Assembly: GCA_016906335.1 (NCBI GenBank)
Contig: JADEYG010000001.1
Span: 1,302,001 to 1,366,000 of the forward strand
From: Novakomyces olei
Lineage: Eukaryota
Length of the DNA: 64,000 nucleotides
Direction of reading: 5' to 3'
Part shown: piece by piece, positions 37,090-49,600 of the stretch
Numbering within the stretch: position 1 is the stretch's first letter
How the letters are laid out: the number at the start of each line of letters is the position of its first letter
Made by a program: the position numbers and the translations under genes
The notes under the pieces: generated by a model
Database searches by the model: none
What the model saw: only the letters and a program-made list of their open reading frames with translations
What the model was told of the DNA's origin: nothing

Positions 37090-38841
37090 TTATACTGTAG
37101 CCGCTGCTATCGCAAACCGAGGGGGAGAGAGCGACCCAAATTCCTGTGAAGCAGGCGGAGTCGGCTGCTGAAACGCGTCAGCCTCCAATCCCAAATCAGA
37201 CTCGGTAGAACTTTGAGCGGACATTGGCACAGACTGCCTTCCTCTCCCAAAAGTACCGTCCTTTCCATACATTACCCGCCTCCGTCTTGAACGAGAAGGG
37301 CTTTGTGAAGGAGTGGGACTCTGTGGAGCCATTCCGAAATCAACAACGGCTTCCGTATTTTCTGCTTCACAAAGCTTGCTCTCTAGACCTTCAGTGCCAT
37401 CTGCAACTGCCTTCCTGACGCTTACATAGGGCAGATTTGCCGTCTGCGAAGCTTGCAGTGCCCGTTTCCTTGGCGATACTGGCGGACTACTGGCGGCGGT
37501 TACTTGAACACACACCATCTCACCAGATGCCTCCACCGTGGGCTGCGACGACGATTCATTAGCCCATATATTTTCTTTTGTTTGCTTGGCCTTGACGAGC
37601 CCCTGCTTTTGCTCTTTAACCGCACTCGGCTTGCCCGCTCTAGCTTTAGATTGAACATTTGCCTCATTATTTCCTGCTTCGCCCTTCTTCCCAGATTGCC
37701 GCCATTTTTGTGGCTGCAATTGCGTCTGCTTAAGCCACAAGGAGGGCTTTCTTTGCCTTAAATCTTGTACCCATCGGTCACTATCGCCCTGAACATGGTA
37801 ATCCATCCACCGAGCCCATTCACTCCGAGCCGGAGCTGTTTCATTGATGTACAAGACTTTCCCACCACGATTATGTACGGCTATAGCCGCATCTTTGACC
37901 AGCTTTTTGATTCCGGCCACCTGCAGACTCGTACCCATTACCAGCAGCAAATCTGGCCGGCCTCGAGCAATATCGTTATGAGTAGCGCGTGCAATAAACT
38001 CGCCATTAGGATGAGGTTCTCCGTACATGACAATGTTTGGCCGTAAAAGCCCTACTCGCTGAGTCGTACTCCTTTTCCCAATCGCTGCTCTTATTCCCGC
38101 GAGCTCAGTGCACTCGGGACACGGCGGCGCAGAGCCCTCGCGCAGTTGCCGAATATGTTCTGCACAAAACTGTACCACACAAGCACAAACAGTGCACTTT
38201 AAAGTGTGCAGGTCACCGTGCAGCTGTAGAACCTTGTTGTTTTGTACACTGTCTGTTGCCAGCGTTAGTCCGGCACGTGCTTCCAACCCGTCAATGTTTT
38301 GCGTGTAGTTGCGCACAAGTCTTCCTCGTTCTTGAACAGTTTTAATAAAGCGGTGAGTTGCCGTCGGTTCTGCCCGCAGTACCGAGTCTCTTAATTCTGC
38401 CATAAATGTGTAAAACACCCGCGCAGTTCCCTGATCACGGAATACCATTGCATCAAACATGTCTTTGCCTTTAACCATCTGCTGCGGATACTGCGACTTT
38501 ACGAGGTTGTACAGGCCCTCTTTAGACCGGAAATCCTATTTATTAGCGTACATTCAAAGTGGTTTGGAGGGATAAGGAGAATGGACACACGACAAGTTTA
38601 ACCGCCGAAAAAAAGAGCTCAGCGTGAAGAAAATTATAAATAAAACCTGTCCAGAAAGGACAAGAGTGAAAAAGGTAAAAGGCCCAGGATCGGAGAGAAA
38701 ACGTACCGGGATACCCGCATTGCAGGAAATACCTGCGCCAGTCACTACCATGACGCGTTTAGCTCGAGAAATGCAGTCAGCAACCGCCGATAAATGTGCT
38801 TCCGCACCATCATCGCTTCCGCCGAGCGATATTTCGATCAT
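37090..38841 (-). CDS. HST4: NAD-dependent histone deacetylase, Hst3/Hst4 sirtuin class, 2 exons (intron about 38537-38706)
   Basis: VTGAGISCNAGIP|DFRS; YTQNIDGLE; QLHGDL; Zn ribbon CTVC/CPEC; LRPNIVMYGE; GTSL. Confidence 0.93.
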
Positions 38842-38881
38842 TATGCTTTTACGATCGACTAACGCTATTGCTGATCGGTTA

Positions 38882-38932
38882 CCGCGTCGCGTGAAATATT
38901 ACTTGACGCGTCCAAAAAGATAAAAGCGCGAC
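38882..38932. promoter_or_regulatory. MCB-like (CGCG-core) elements upstream of the sirtuin gene
   Basis: CCGCGTCGCGTG, GACGCGTC and AGCGCGA within about 90 bp of the ATG. Confidence 0.55.
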
Positions 38933-39062
38933 CGCTCTGCGGCCTTTAGATTTGCGAGCGTGCAAAGCGAACACGTAAATTTCGAAAGGGAACAAACGTT
39001 CGGTCCGTTGATACGCTCGCAAAACTGTTGTTTATGTGCGGCTGTTGTTGAAAGGGATATTG

Positions 39063-39354
39063 AATAAATATAAATATAAATATAAATATAAATATAAATA
39101 TAAATATTAATATAAATATAAATATAAATATTAATATAAATATAAATATAAATATAAATATAAATATAAATATAAATATAAATATAAATATAAATATAAA
39201 TATAAATATAAATATAAATATAAATATAAATATAAATATAAATATAAATATAAATATAAATATAAATATAAATATAAATATAAATATAAATATAAATATA
39301 AATATAAATATAAATATAAATATAAATATAAATATAAATATAAATATAAATATA
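39063..39354. repeat. (TAAATA)n microsatellite of about 290 bp in a divergent promoter
   Basis: Directly visible. Confidence 0.98.
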
Positions 39355-39570
39355 ATGATGAATAGATACGCCCTTTGTTTCGAGCGCGGAGCCTAAAGAT
39401 TATACGAAACCAGTGCAACGACAGCCAAAGTGCCTACACGATTAGAAACGATGCAATCAACAAAAGCGGTGGAATTATAAACCGACACCTTTTATGGCAG
39501 ATTGATGCAGCAGTACCCCTGTTGATGGTTTGGCGCTTGCAGATTTGCCAATCATAATCACTACAAGTGT

Positions 39571-40215
39571 ATGAGTGACGAGGACCTACCGCGGTACACG
39601 CGTTTCATACAGCCAGAACGGCAAAATGCTACGCCTTCTGCCCAGAGCCGACCAGTTCCTGCCTTTGTAACGCCATCAAAGTTTCCGATATTGCCGGTAG
39701 ACAGTGACTTGGATGACGTAGAGACCGATCTACCGCGTTACAAACGGTTTCGTTTCCGTGAAAAGGATGTTGTTGCCAGCAGCAGTGAGCGGTTCGTTGA
39801 TAGACTAATTCAGCCCTCTATTCGAAGCTCAAGCGGCAAATCGGGTGAGCAGACTGATCTTGAGCCGTGCGAGTACGACGCTCAAAGCCAGCGGCACAAG
39901 CTTACGAGCCTGGTTCCGGGAAAGGCAGCGTCGCGGCTAGCTCAATGGATCCTGGAAGAGCGTAATCCTGCACCGGTAGCCGTTCAAGGGCCGAAGACTG
40001 CATTGAAGTTTATAGTACATAAAAGCTACCAGATGGAGCGGAGCAAGTGTACCGTTGTAGAGACTACGAATCCGAGTGGTACTCTATACTTGTTGTTCCC
40101 GCAGCAGCTCTTTCCCTGCCCGGAAGAAGTGACGGTAGAACCTGGCCGTGTACTTTCAAGGGCACACGTGGGCGAAGGTGTCCAAGTCTGGCGCATAAAG
40201 CAGCAAGAAAACTAG
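39571..40215 (+). CDS. Hypothetical protein, 214 aa
   Basis: ATG-initiated ORF with coding-like composition filling the intergenic gap; internal duplicated motif DLPRY.RF; no family recognised. Confidence 0.7.
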   Translation: MSDEDLPRYTRFIQPERQNATPSAQSRPVPAFVTPSKFPILPVDSDLDDVETDLPRYKRFRFREKDVVASSSERFVDRLIQPSIRSSSGKSGEQTDLEPCEYDAQSQRHKLTSLVPGKAASRLAQWILEERNPAPVAVQGPKTALKFIVHKSYQMERSKCTVVETTNPSGTLYLLFPQQLFPCPEEVTVEPGRVLSRAHVGEGVQVWRIKQQEN

Positions 40216-40563
40216 AGTTTACGAGCGACTATAGATAATGGAGGTAATGGGATACCATTTTATGACCAATTTGTTCTTTTTTTGCATTCGTACATTCTTG
40301 ACAAGAGTGGAGTAGACTCGCACGGTACTCGGCATAGATCTATTTTGGTTGTCGCGTAATACAGTCTGCCATATCTACCATCAGCCTGTTGGAAACGGTG
40401 TATCGCTGCTCAAAGTTTAGCTGCCATCGTATATCCGGACGGGGCCCGTGGACGTATTGCACTGGAATAAGTAGTAGTAAAATGAGATTTAATATACAGA
40501 TAAATAATACTGATAGGGCCACGTGAGCGTTTGACCAGAGGCGTCCCGGTCCAATGCTCCGGC

Positions 40564-43292
40564 ATGTCGATCGGCCCCTTGCAACAGTCAAACCCATCGC
40601 TGCGTGCGGGTCTACAGCCAAAAGTTCTCAGCTTTTATGATCGACTGTTGGACGTATATTTATTCGAGTATGCCTTTAGCTGCTAATAGTAAATAGGGAG
40701 AGGCAGACACGGACCTTAATAGTCAATTCTGGCATGAATTTTTCTTGCTACGGCCTGTTAAATGGCAGTTGTTTGCCAAATTGGAACGTTTACGACGCTC
40801 AGATATCTTGGACATTGCTGTACGTTCGTCTACATTAAATACGCTAATCTGTAAAGGAAAGTCTACGGCTATTCGTTGCGTGTACAGTCAAGATCATAAG
40901 CGAGCGTGACAAGTCTCGATTAGTCAACGCGATAGAGGTAATTCAATCTATTCATGGTGTGCGTCTATTTATGGCCGCTCAAACCGGTATCTTCTTTGCT
41001 TACCCCCTTTGACTCAATGCCACTGATTTGAATCGCATATTGTGCAATCACGGCTTTCGTTTGCTCTGGCTTTCCGCGTTCTTCTTTTGATGATTTTATA
41101 TCTCAATATTTGTTTTATTAACTAATAAATTGATTGATTAATCGATTATTGATTTTTTTCGCTAAATGATTAGAGTCTTCGTGTCTTTGTGCAACGCCTT
41201 GCGCTTTTTGGCACTGCTCTTACGAGCATTGACATGATTAGCTTATTTTCCGACATTGATCACGTGGACGAGCTGATGACTAGCCTTGTTGAAGGCCTGG
41301 TGGAAATTTCTGAGCCGTCACTTGATAATATGGAGCAGGCGGCTGTAGCGGAATCAGCACGGTCTCTACTGTTAGACGCTGCTGTGGCTACTTTCTATTC
41401 CAGTCTTAGCGTGTTTTTCTTGTCTCCAGACGTGTTTAATGTTCTCTTTCGATCCGTGCAAAAATTGCATTCGCTCGAAGCTCTTATGACCATTACGGTT
41501 CTTGGAAATTGCGGTAAATTTGAGTCTCAAAACATTTTTCAGACTCTTATCAATCGATCAGTGCGGAATCCTTTGGCTGGTGAAATCGCTAATCTTTTAA
41601 CATCTTATATGGCTGAATGCCGGAATGATTACATTCTTATACAGCCTGAACCAACTGGAGAGTCCAGACTAGCCGGTCTCTTCTCCTCTTTCAAGGCATT
41701 GACAACAACGACGAATACAACTTCATCCTCGTCGCCACGGTCTGCAGAATCGCCCTCGCCAGGTCGTGCCAGTCCCAAGGGAGACCCGCAGGTGCCTGAC
41801 GTTGCTTGGGCAAAGCTGTAGGCTAGTCAATTTGTTGTTTATTATTTTTGTTATTATTACTATTATTATATTATTATTATTATTATTTTTAATTTTCTCA
41901 GATTTTGTTCCACATATTGAGCTATTTATTTAGTGGACTGTATCTGAATTTGAATTTAGATCACCTTTCCAGTTTCACAATTGTTCATATTAAATAAATA
42001 ATTTCTCTATGCTAATCTGCAGACCCTCCTCTACTGGCATGGTATCAATGGCACTATATGAACTCGCTCATGATAATGTACATTTCCTCGGTGCATTAAT
42101 GGGAACCAAACGTGGGGAAAACCGTCCGGTAATTGAGATTATATCTTACACGAGCTATCTATTAGCCCATTCGCGCAAATCATGGCGGGCATCAATGTAC
42201 GGGCGGCTAAATTTGTTTGTTATTTGGATGATGCTCGAGTCGCCAATTTGCGCATCTGTTTTCACGGACAAGGAGCTATGTTTTCATGTACAAATATGCC
42301 GGCAACGGTCACCACCTTTACCATTTTCTAGAGCCAGGAGCCCACTTGTATGCTATATTATTGACGTTTTAATTTGTGGCATTTCGTATAATCTGAAACG
42401 CAGACTCGATGTCGATTCTTATCGGTATGGTTTAGCTATCTGATATTAAACTGATAATGACAGTTTGTTTTTAAAAGTGTTGTACCGTACATTACAGTGT
42501 TTGGCTCGCTATAAAACACGTCCCAGTAAGCCAAATATCTGTGTGGCAATGCTAATTGTTTAAGATTATCATTGGAGTGAACTCTGGCGGGCCTTGTTTG
42601 CACTAACAAAGTTTCTTTCATCAAATACAGAGTCTGGTAGCTTTGCGGACGTTCCTGAGCTTTTGCTAGAAATATTTTATTTCATAATTGATCAGCGCGA
42701 TAAGCTGTTTGCTGAAGAAAAGGATTTTGACGATTTTTTTTACAAACTCGTTCAGTCTTCATTTGATGTTGATACTATAATTCTGGAAGGTATGCTTGCG
42801 ATTACGAAAAGAAACAAAGAGGAATATAAGAATGGAATCTCTCGTTATTTCTCTCCATATACATAAGCAGTGTTTGGCTAACGATCAGGCCAATCGACTA
42901 AAAAAACTTCTCGAGTCACCTGGATGCAGATAATTCTGGAGCAATACCGTCAGAAAATTACGGATCAGGCTGGAAATCATAAATACAAAAATGCGTCTGA
43001 TATTGGTCGGATTATACGCGATGCATATGATACCCTACAACCTCAGGAAGACGATTTACGAAATACAGCTTCTGGAAACAAGACAAAGCCTGATTTGGAC
43101 GGTGTAAATGAAAATCCTGCATTAGGCTCCTCAGAATCAGGAGGACTTGGAGGTAGCGCAGTATCGTATTTCCGTGAAAGCGACGAGCGAAGTTTTCTGA
43201 AGAATACAATACGTCATGTGCTTGCAGACGTGAATTTGTACAGCATTAACGAAGGACAGTTTCCGGCTGGTCCGGTATCAACTGCCATATAG
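40564..43292 (+). CDS. ARMH3 / DUF1741 (C10orf76-like) armadillo protein, about 8 exons
   Basis: Spliced start MSIGPLQQ...LQPKVLSFYDRL; FWHEFFLLRP; VQICRQRSPPLP; YNLKRRLDVD; YHWSELW; DDFFYKLV; AYDTL. Confidence 0.8.
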
Positions 43293-43645
43293 AATAAAGG
43301 TTCGGTTTGCTTGAAAGCGTCTAATCGAGCGCAGTCATGTGACTTGAAATGATGTGCTTGCAATGCCATGCTTTTGTCGATTTATGAACTATGTAAATTA
43401 GTATACACTGGGCCTTTATGGGCCTTGCCGCCTTTGATATTGCTGTCTATTCTTTCAATATATCCGATCTAGATTGAGCAGTATAGACCCTTGAACATTT
43501 AAAATAATAGAAACAGAGTTAGGGTTAGGTAGGGTTACTTTCGGTTATAAGTCGCCATACCAGCGGAAGTTGGGTACAATATATTATTATATTAATACAG
43601 TCAAACAACGTAATTGTGCCCCACAATAGCCGCAGCTCATCAACG

Positions 43646-44242
43646 ATGGTGGAAGTTAAAGTCGGCGACGCGCTGCCGGAATTCACTTTTAACTATGTGC
43701 CTTACTCACCTGAGAAAGCGGCCGTGACAGCATGTGGTATTCCTGTGCCATTGAGCACGGCTGAATGGAAGGATAAAAAAGTCGTTATATTTTGTAAGTT
43801 TGCAGTCGCACAAACGATACTGACATTTAAGCTGTTCCAGGAGCGTTTACGCCCACTTGCCAAGCCAATCATCTCCCACCTTTTCTGGATGAAAAAAATC
43901 TGGCTACTTTCAAGGCCAAAGGTGTAGATGTTATAGCCGTCATTGCCGCGAATGATCCTTTTGTCATGGCTGCCTGGGGAAAGGCAAACAACGCAAAAGA
44001 CAAGATTGTAGGTCAAGATCATATGCTTAATTTTGTTAAAAACTCAGCTATTTTTGTCGGAACCCAATGCTGGATTCTCCCAGGTTTTGGGTTGGGCCAA
44101 CGATATGAGCGATAAGGGCTTTGGGGTCCGCGGTGCACGTTATGCTGTTGTCTACGATCACGGGAAGGCAATCTACGCGGAGAAAGAAAGCAAACCCGGT
44201 GTTAGTGTCAGTGGCGCCGATGCTATTCTTGCGAAACTTTAG
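43646..44242 (+). CDS. PMP20: Prx5-type peroxiredoxin (Pmp20/Ahp1) with C-terminal PTS1 (AKL), 3 exons
   Basis: ACGIP; VPGAFTPTC; ANDPFVMAAW; RYAVV; ends AKL; introns about 43794-43831 and 44008-44047. Confidence 0.92.
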
Positions 44243-44540
44243 ACGATTGAAATTTGAATATATTTATAGCCATGCGGAGTAACGTTCGCTTGGGATTCGT
44301 CAATAAAACTAAATTTTTAAACGTGCAAGCATCAATGCCGCTTTGTGTATGTACATCATTTGTCCCTTTCTGCTACATGAAATGTCAATTTGCCCATAGT
44401 TGACAGATTGAAAACAGGAATTAAACAAATAAGATAAAGGTATACCCCAGCTTTTGACGGTATGGATAAGAAAAAAGACGTTTTAAAAGGGTTCATTCAG
44501 GGTATCTATTAAAGCTTCATAGCAAGGAGGCTGGTCCCCA

Positions 44541-44951
44541 TCATAAGGACCCCGGGCTATTAATCCTCGATCTGTCTTGCCGAAGTCTCTCAATTTCACT
44601 GGCCTTCCTCTCCTTCTCGTCTAAATCGGCAATCTTTTTCTCCAATGTCAATTTCTCTGCGATCAAATCCTTCCGATAATCATAAAGCCTATTTACATTA
44701 GCATAGAGATATGATAAAAGGTTTTTACAATCGCAATTTTTTGGTCTTTGCTTGTGGATCATTATCGTTTTTCAGCTTTTGCTATTAGTAACCAGGCGTG
44801 TACCAGTATTTACCAATTGTGCCTGACGATAGGTATATAGCTGCCAACCTGCAAATGACCCAGTCGATAGTAGCGCAGACAATCCCACTACAAACAAAGT
44901 TATGCGTCGTTTGACGGGATCCTTTGGGAGAGGAGAGATCTTTGAACTCAT
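44541..44951 (-). CDS. Small single-TM plus coiled-coil protein (about 110 aa), 3 exons, uncharacterised
   Basis: MSSKISPLPKDPVKRRITLFVVGLSALLSTGSFAGWQLY.. joined by two GTAA..CTAAT..AG introns to LYDYRKDLIAEKLTLEKKIADL. Confidence 0.72.
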
Positions 44952-45481
44952 AAGTCCGGTGTTTGATAGCGTGCAGTTTTGAGCTATAAATTATTTATTG
45001 CATTTCTTCGATCGACTAATAAGAAATGCGTCTAACGCGCGAAATTGTTACTAAAAACTTGTGATGCAGGACTTATAGCAATAAACCCTAACTAACCCTT
45101 AGCCTATTTGCAAGGACCTATCAGTCGGACGGTGTAAAGTAAAGTTTCGTTTACACGTTATATCGCTCGAAGTGATGATAATAATTAATTTAATTGAAAT
45201 ATTTAATAAATATTAAGTTAATATTAATATTGGTATTGATTACCCCAAATGGGCATAGTGCCAGGAAGACATTCGCTGGCATATCTATAGACTGGTAAAG
45301 AGCATTGGAAGTATCAGACAGGATTCAATTGCTATTCCTACTGTAATCACGTGGCCCTTCCTATCCTTTGCTTTGTGAAGAAAGCTTCCGAGCTTCCACT
45401 CTCAATTATTGACGTCATTTTACCATTGCGCACTGGAATACCGGCTATCTGCGCTTTGCACCGGACCGGCACTCAAAGATC

Positions 45482-46391
45482 ATGTCGTCAGAACTGCCTC
45501 GAATTTACGTCGTGAGACATGGTGAAGTAAGAACAGCATTTAGCGAACAACATTTAGCGTTTTGCGACTTGTTTTAATCTTTTGCTTACTGGATATTAGA
45601 CAGAATGGTCAAAAGTCGGAAAGCATACGGGTCGCACGGATCTGCCACTGACAGAGGTATTATATCTTAATATAGCATTGTTAGTGTACTAAGTTTACAG
45701 CGCGGGAAACAACGTGTAAAACAGACGGCCGCCGGATTCGTCGGCAATGGCCGTATTATCCAGCCTGATACGATTGGTCAGATATATGTGTCACCATTGA
45801 CTCGTGCTCAGCAAACACTTGAGCTCTTGGGCTTGCCGGACTCAATCCCGCGGGAAAAGACCGATCTTATTCTTGAATGGAACTATGGAGGTATGCTAGT
45901 TGCATCTGTTTTTATTTGCTCTGTTTTATGTTGGAGCTATTTTATTTAGTAATCGGCAAAAAGGCTAATCTGAGACAGATTACGAAGGTGTTACGACAAA
46001 AGAAATTAGATCAAAAAATCCGAAATGGGACCTTTGGCTAGACGGCTGTCCGAACGGAGAACATGCTCCTCAAGTTCAAGCAAGAGTGGATGAGCTTATT
46101 GCTGAAATACGCAAATTTCATGAAGAACGTCATCAGAACAATGCCCCTGCTAATGTGGTCGTCGTTGCCCACGGACACGTTTTGCGGGCTTTTGTTTCTC
46201 GTTGGATAGAAGACCCCGTTGATCATGGCCGACATTTCTTGCTCGATGCCGGTGGTGTGGGCGTACTAAGGTTGGTGATAACTATGAACGAGTACTGTAC
46301 TAACTTTTGCAGCTACGACCACGATTTGGCTGAGCCTAGTGTCAGGCGATGGAACATCCTTTGTGATACTATTCAATTCAATCCCGCATAG
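45482..46391 (+). CDS. Histidine phosphatase (phosphoglycerate mutase family), sedoheptulose-1,7-bisphosphatase Shb17-like, about 5 exons
   Basis: IYVVRHGE|TEWSKVGKHTGRTDLPLT; SPLTRA; EWNYGDYEG; VVVAHGHVLR. The exact 3' end is uncertain (possible extra intron ending near 46426). Confidence 0.85.
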
Positions 46392-46616
46392 CACAGCTGC
46401 TTTAGTGCACTAACATTTTTTATAGATTGATGATCTTTATCGCTAAAGTTGGACGGAGCCGGTCAAAGTGAGAGATTACCGTTCTGTCGAAAAGAAAGAT
46501 TTAGACTTAGGGTTAGGGTTAATTTTCAAATTATTAAACATTCAACATCCATAAATTACGTAATTACTTCGATATAGATAACGTTATGAGCGCGACTGCA
46601 ACTGACAGCGCAAAAG

Positions 46617-49600
46617 ATGTCTGTCGCCGATATAGAAAATGATCGGCTTTTGACTGTGCAAAACGCGTCGTCTGAGACTTCTGTCACCGTCAATCAGGTA
46701 CCGCCGTCCTTACAAAAAGTGATATATTCAAGTCCAATTGCTAACTTTATTTAGCGTGCTCTTATTGGTAAAGGATTCATGCGTACGTAAAGTTAACCTC
46801 CTCGCCTTAGACAAGGTATTAGCACGTTACAGTTCGGAAAATACGTTGCTTCGTGAACTGCTGCAGAATGCTGACGACGCTTCTGCGCAGACCGTACAGA
46901 TTATCTATCAAACGGTCGGATCAGCAGCCGCCCTAGATGCCGACTCAATCCCTGGCGCAGCTTGTGCTCGTGTAATCGTGCAAAATGACGGCCAGTCCTT
47001 CCGTCAAGAGGATTGGGACCGACTTAAACGCATTGCGGAAGGAAACCCCGATGAGAGCAAGATTGGAGCCTTTGGTGTGGGATTTTACAGTGTTTTTAGT
47101 GTTTGTGAGGAGCCGTTTGTTCGTAGCGGTGCTAGGACAATGGCATTTAGCTGGAGGAATGATCAGTTGTATGTTCGTCAAGCAGAAACACAAAAGCCTT
47201 CAGAATGGACGTCATTTTTATTGAATTTTCGTGAACCGTCCGAGTTGCCGGAACTGTCTTCATTGACTCGGTTCCTCACTACTAACCTAACATTTACAAG
47301 AAGCCTGCAAAAGATTGAACTCCTGATTAACGATACGTTATTATGCTGCGTCTCCAGAATGGCTGGCCCACCTTCTGCAGTGAGCCTTCCCCGTGGCTTG
47401 ATCGCCGGCAGTCCTAATGGCCTTTTGTACATAAGATCAGTCAATATGACGCCAGTGCAAATAACTGCAAAGTACATGAACGTTACACAAAATGTTCAGT
47501 CTTCTGGCATCGCCAAGCTAATGGACTATTTTTTCACCCGCTCAAAGGACTCCGCGACTGGCACTACAACCTCTGCAAGCCCGAATGATATTACAGAATC
47601 TACAGTGTATTTGAGAGTGTTCACGGCTGAATTGCGTTCTTATTTGAGCAGCAAAACAACGGCAGAGCTGGAAAGAGCGACAAAGAAAAAGCCCCCTGGA
47701 ACCACGTTTATAAAGTTTCTCCTTTTTTCCAAAACCGAAATGGATTTAGGCGGATCGAGCCAACATCCAATCTTGAAGGATATTATTGCTCACCCTGGCC
47801 AAGGCCGGATATACATTGGGTTTCCCACACAGCAAACAACCGGGCTCTCTGCTCATATTGGAGCGCCTGCACTTATTCCAACAGTTGAAAGGGAAAACGT
47901 GGATCTCGTTAATGGCTGTATAAAAACGTGGAATCAGGAAATGCTTTACATGAGCGGTCTGCTTGCACGTGTCTTATACGAAAATGAAATAGCGTCCATT
48001 CGGCCATCGAATCAAAAATCGTTTGTACCAACAAGAGAAATTTATGATCAGGCAGCACACTTGTACCACTTTTTCACAATTAGACAGGCAACTCCTATTG
48101 ATCTTCATCGTATTATTGAATACGGATTTTTTGGTTGTCTTAAATCCTCCGTTCCCGTTATGACAAGTTTGGGTGTTTGCCAAGCTAAAAATGCTCGGCT
48201 AGCGGGAGAGAACTTTACTTTCCTTCAAGACGTTGCAATGATTTTGCCAGAGGAATACAAGATGAGCGAGGCCTTTATGTCGGAATTGCAGGCCAGGTCT
48301 ATGCTACCAAAATTATCTGAGCATGATATAATACAAGATATCTCACATCGGACTCTAAGTTTGACTCAAGGTCGTGCACTCCTGTCCTGGATTTATGACG
48401 AGTTTCAGATGCGAGACTTTGAATATGGGAAAATCCTGTCTGTGGGGACAATTAAAGTGGCCGATCAGCATATTGTAAAGTTGCAATCAGAGTATTATGT
48501 TGATTCGTCTATTATTCCTCCAGACGTTCCTATCCCAGACTCCTGTCTCCCTTTTGAGCTCACAAGAGGAATAAGGAATCCTTCATTAATGTAAAATTCT
48601 TCCCTTTCTTTCCGGGTTTCTACCTTTTCATTTTTTCTTTACTTTTTTGCTTACTACGTTTAGCTCATACAAACCGCTGACGCTTGTCAAGTGGGCCAGT
48701 TATATTCTGGAAACACCCGTTTTTGCTATCAGTGTAAATGTCTCAAAGGACGCTGCGTTTGCAGCTAAATTTCTCTCGATTTGTTCGTCAAAATTTGACG
48801 GTTTGGCTCCGGAAGATCGTCAGCAATTGGTCAAATTAATTGGTGATCGGCCGTGTATCCCAACAAGGCAGCATGATATACGGCGACCAGCCGAAACGTA
48901 CATAAACGTGGTATTTTACTGTTTTTCCGCTTTTTCCGTTATTTTCGCTTTTATTTGCGCAGAGCAATGTAAATTATTAATACCAATTTCAGATTAAATT
49001 GTTTCCGGATTTGCCGTTGGCGGAGTCCATGAAAGGCGTTAAGGAGCGATTTCTGTTGTCGGTGGGTGTAAGAAAAGTCGTCGAGGTCGGGTTGATACTT
49101 GACAAAGTTACAAAAGGCGGGCAATGGTCACACATTGACCTAATAACGTACTTGTCTCGGCTCACAAGGTAAGATTGGTTAGGCATATATATACATATAA
49201 AAAAGAGAAAATTAGGACGGAAAATCGTTGGAGAAAAATTGTGCTAATTATAGCGATATTCCCCAACAAGACGTAAAGCGGCTGCGCGAAGCGCAGATTG
49301 TCAAAACTACCGGAAACGGGAATACGTTATATCGAGTTCGAGATACGTTTGTGCCGAACAATGCGTTTGCAGCATTAAATCTGCCTATTATTGCGTGGCC
49401 CGCAGGTGTAAGTTTATTTACAGGCGAAAGTTCAGGATGAGCAGTGATTAACGTGCAGAAATGGGACGCAGAATCGCACGAAGCAAAGTTTCTAAAACTG
49501 CTCGGTATCAACCCGTATCCAAAACTTCCAATTTTGATATATCGAATTCGGGACGAGAACACTCGAGCGGCCGCACTAACGTACTTGCGGAACGAATTTT

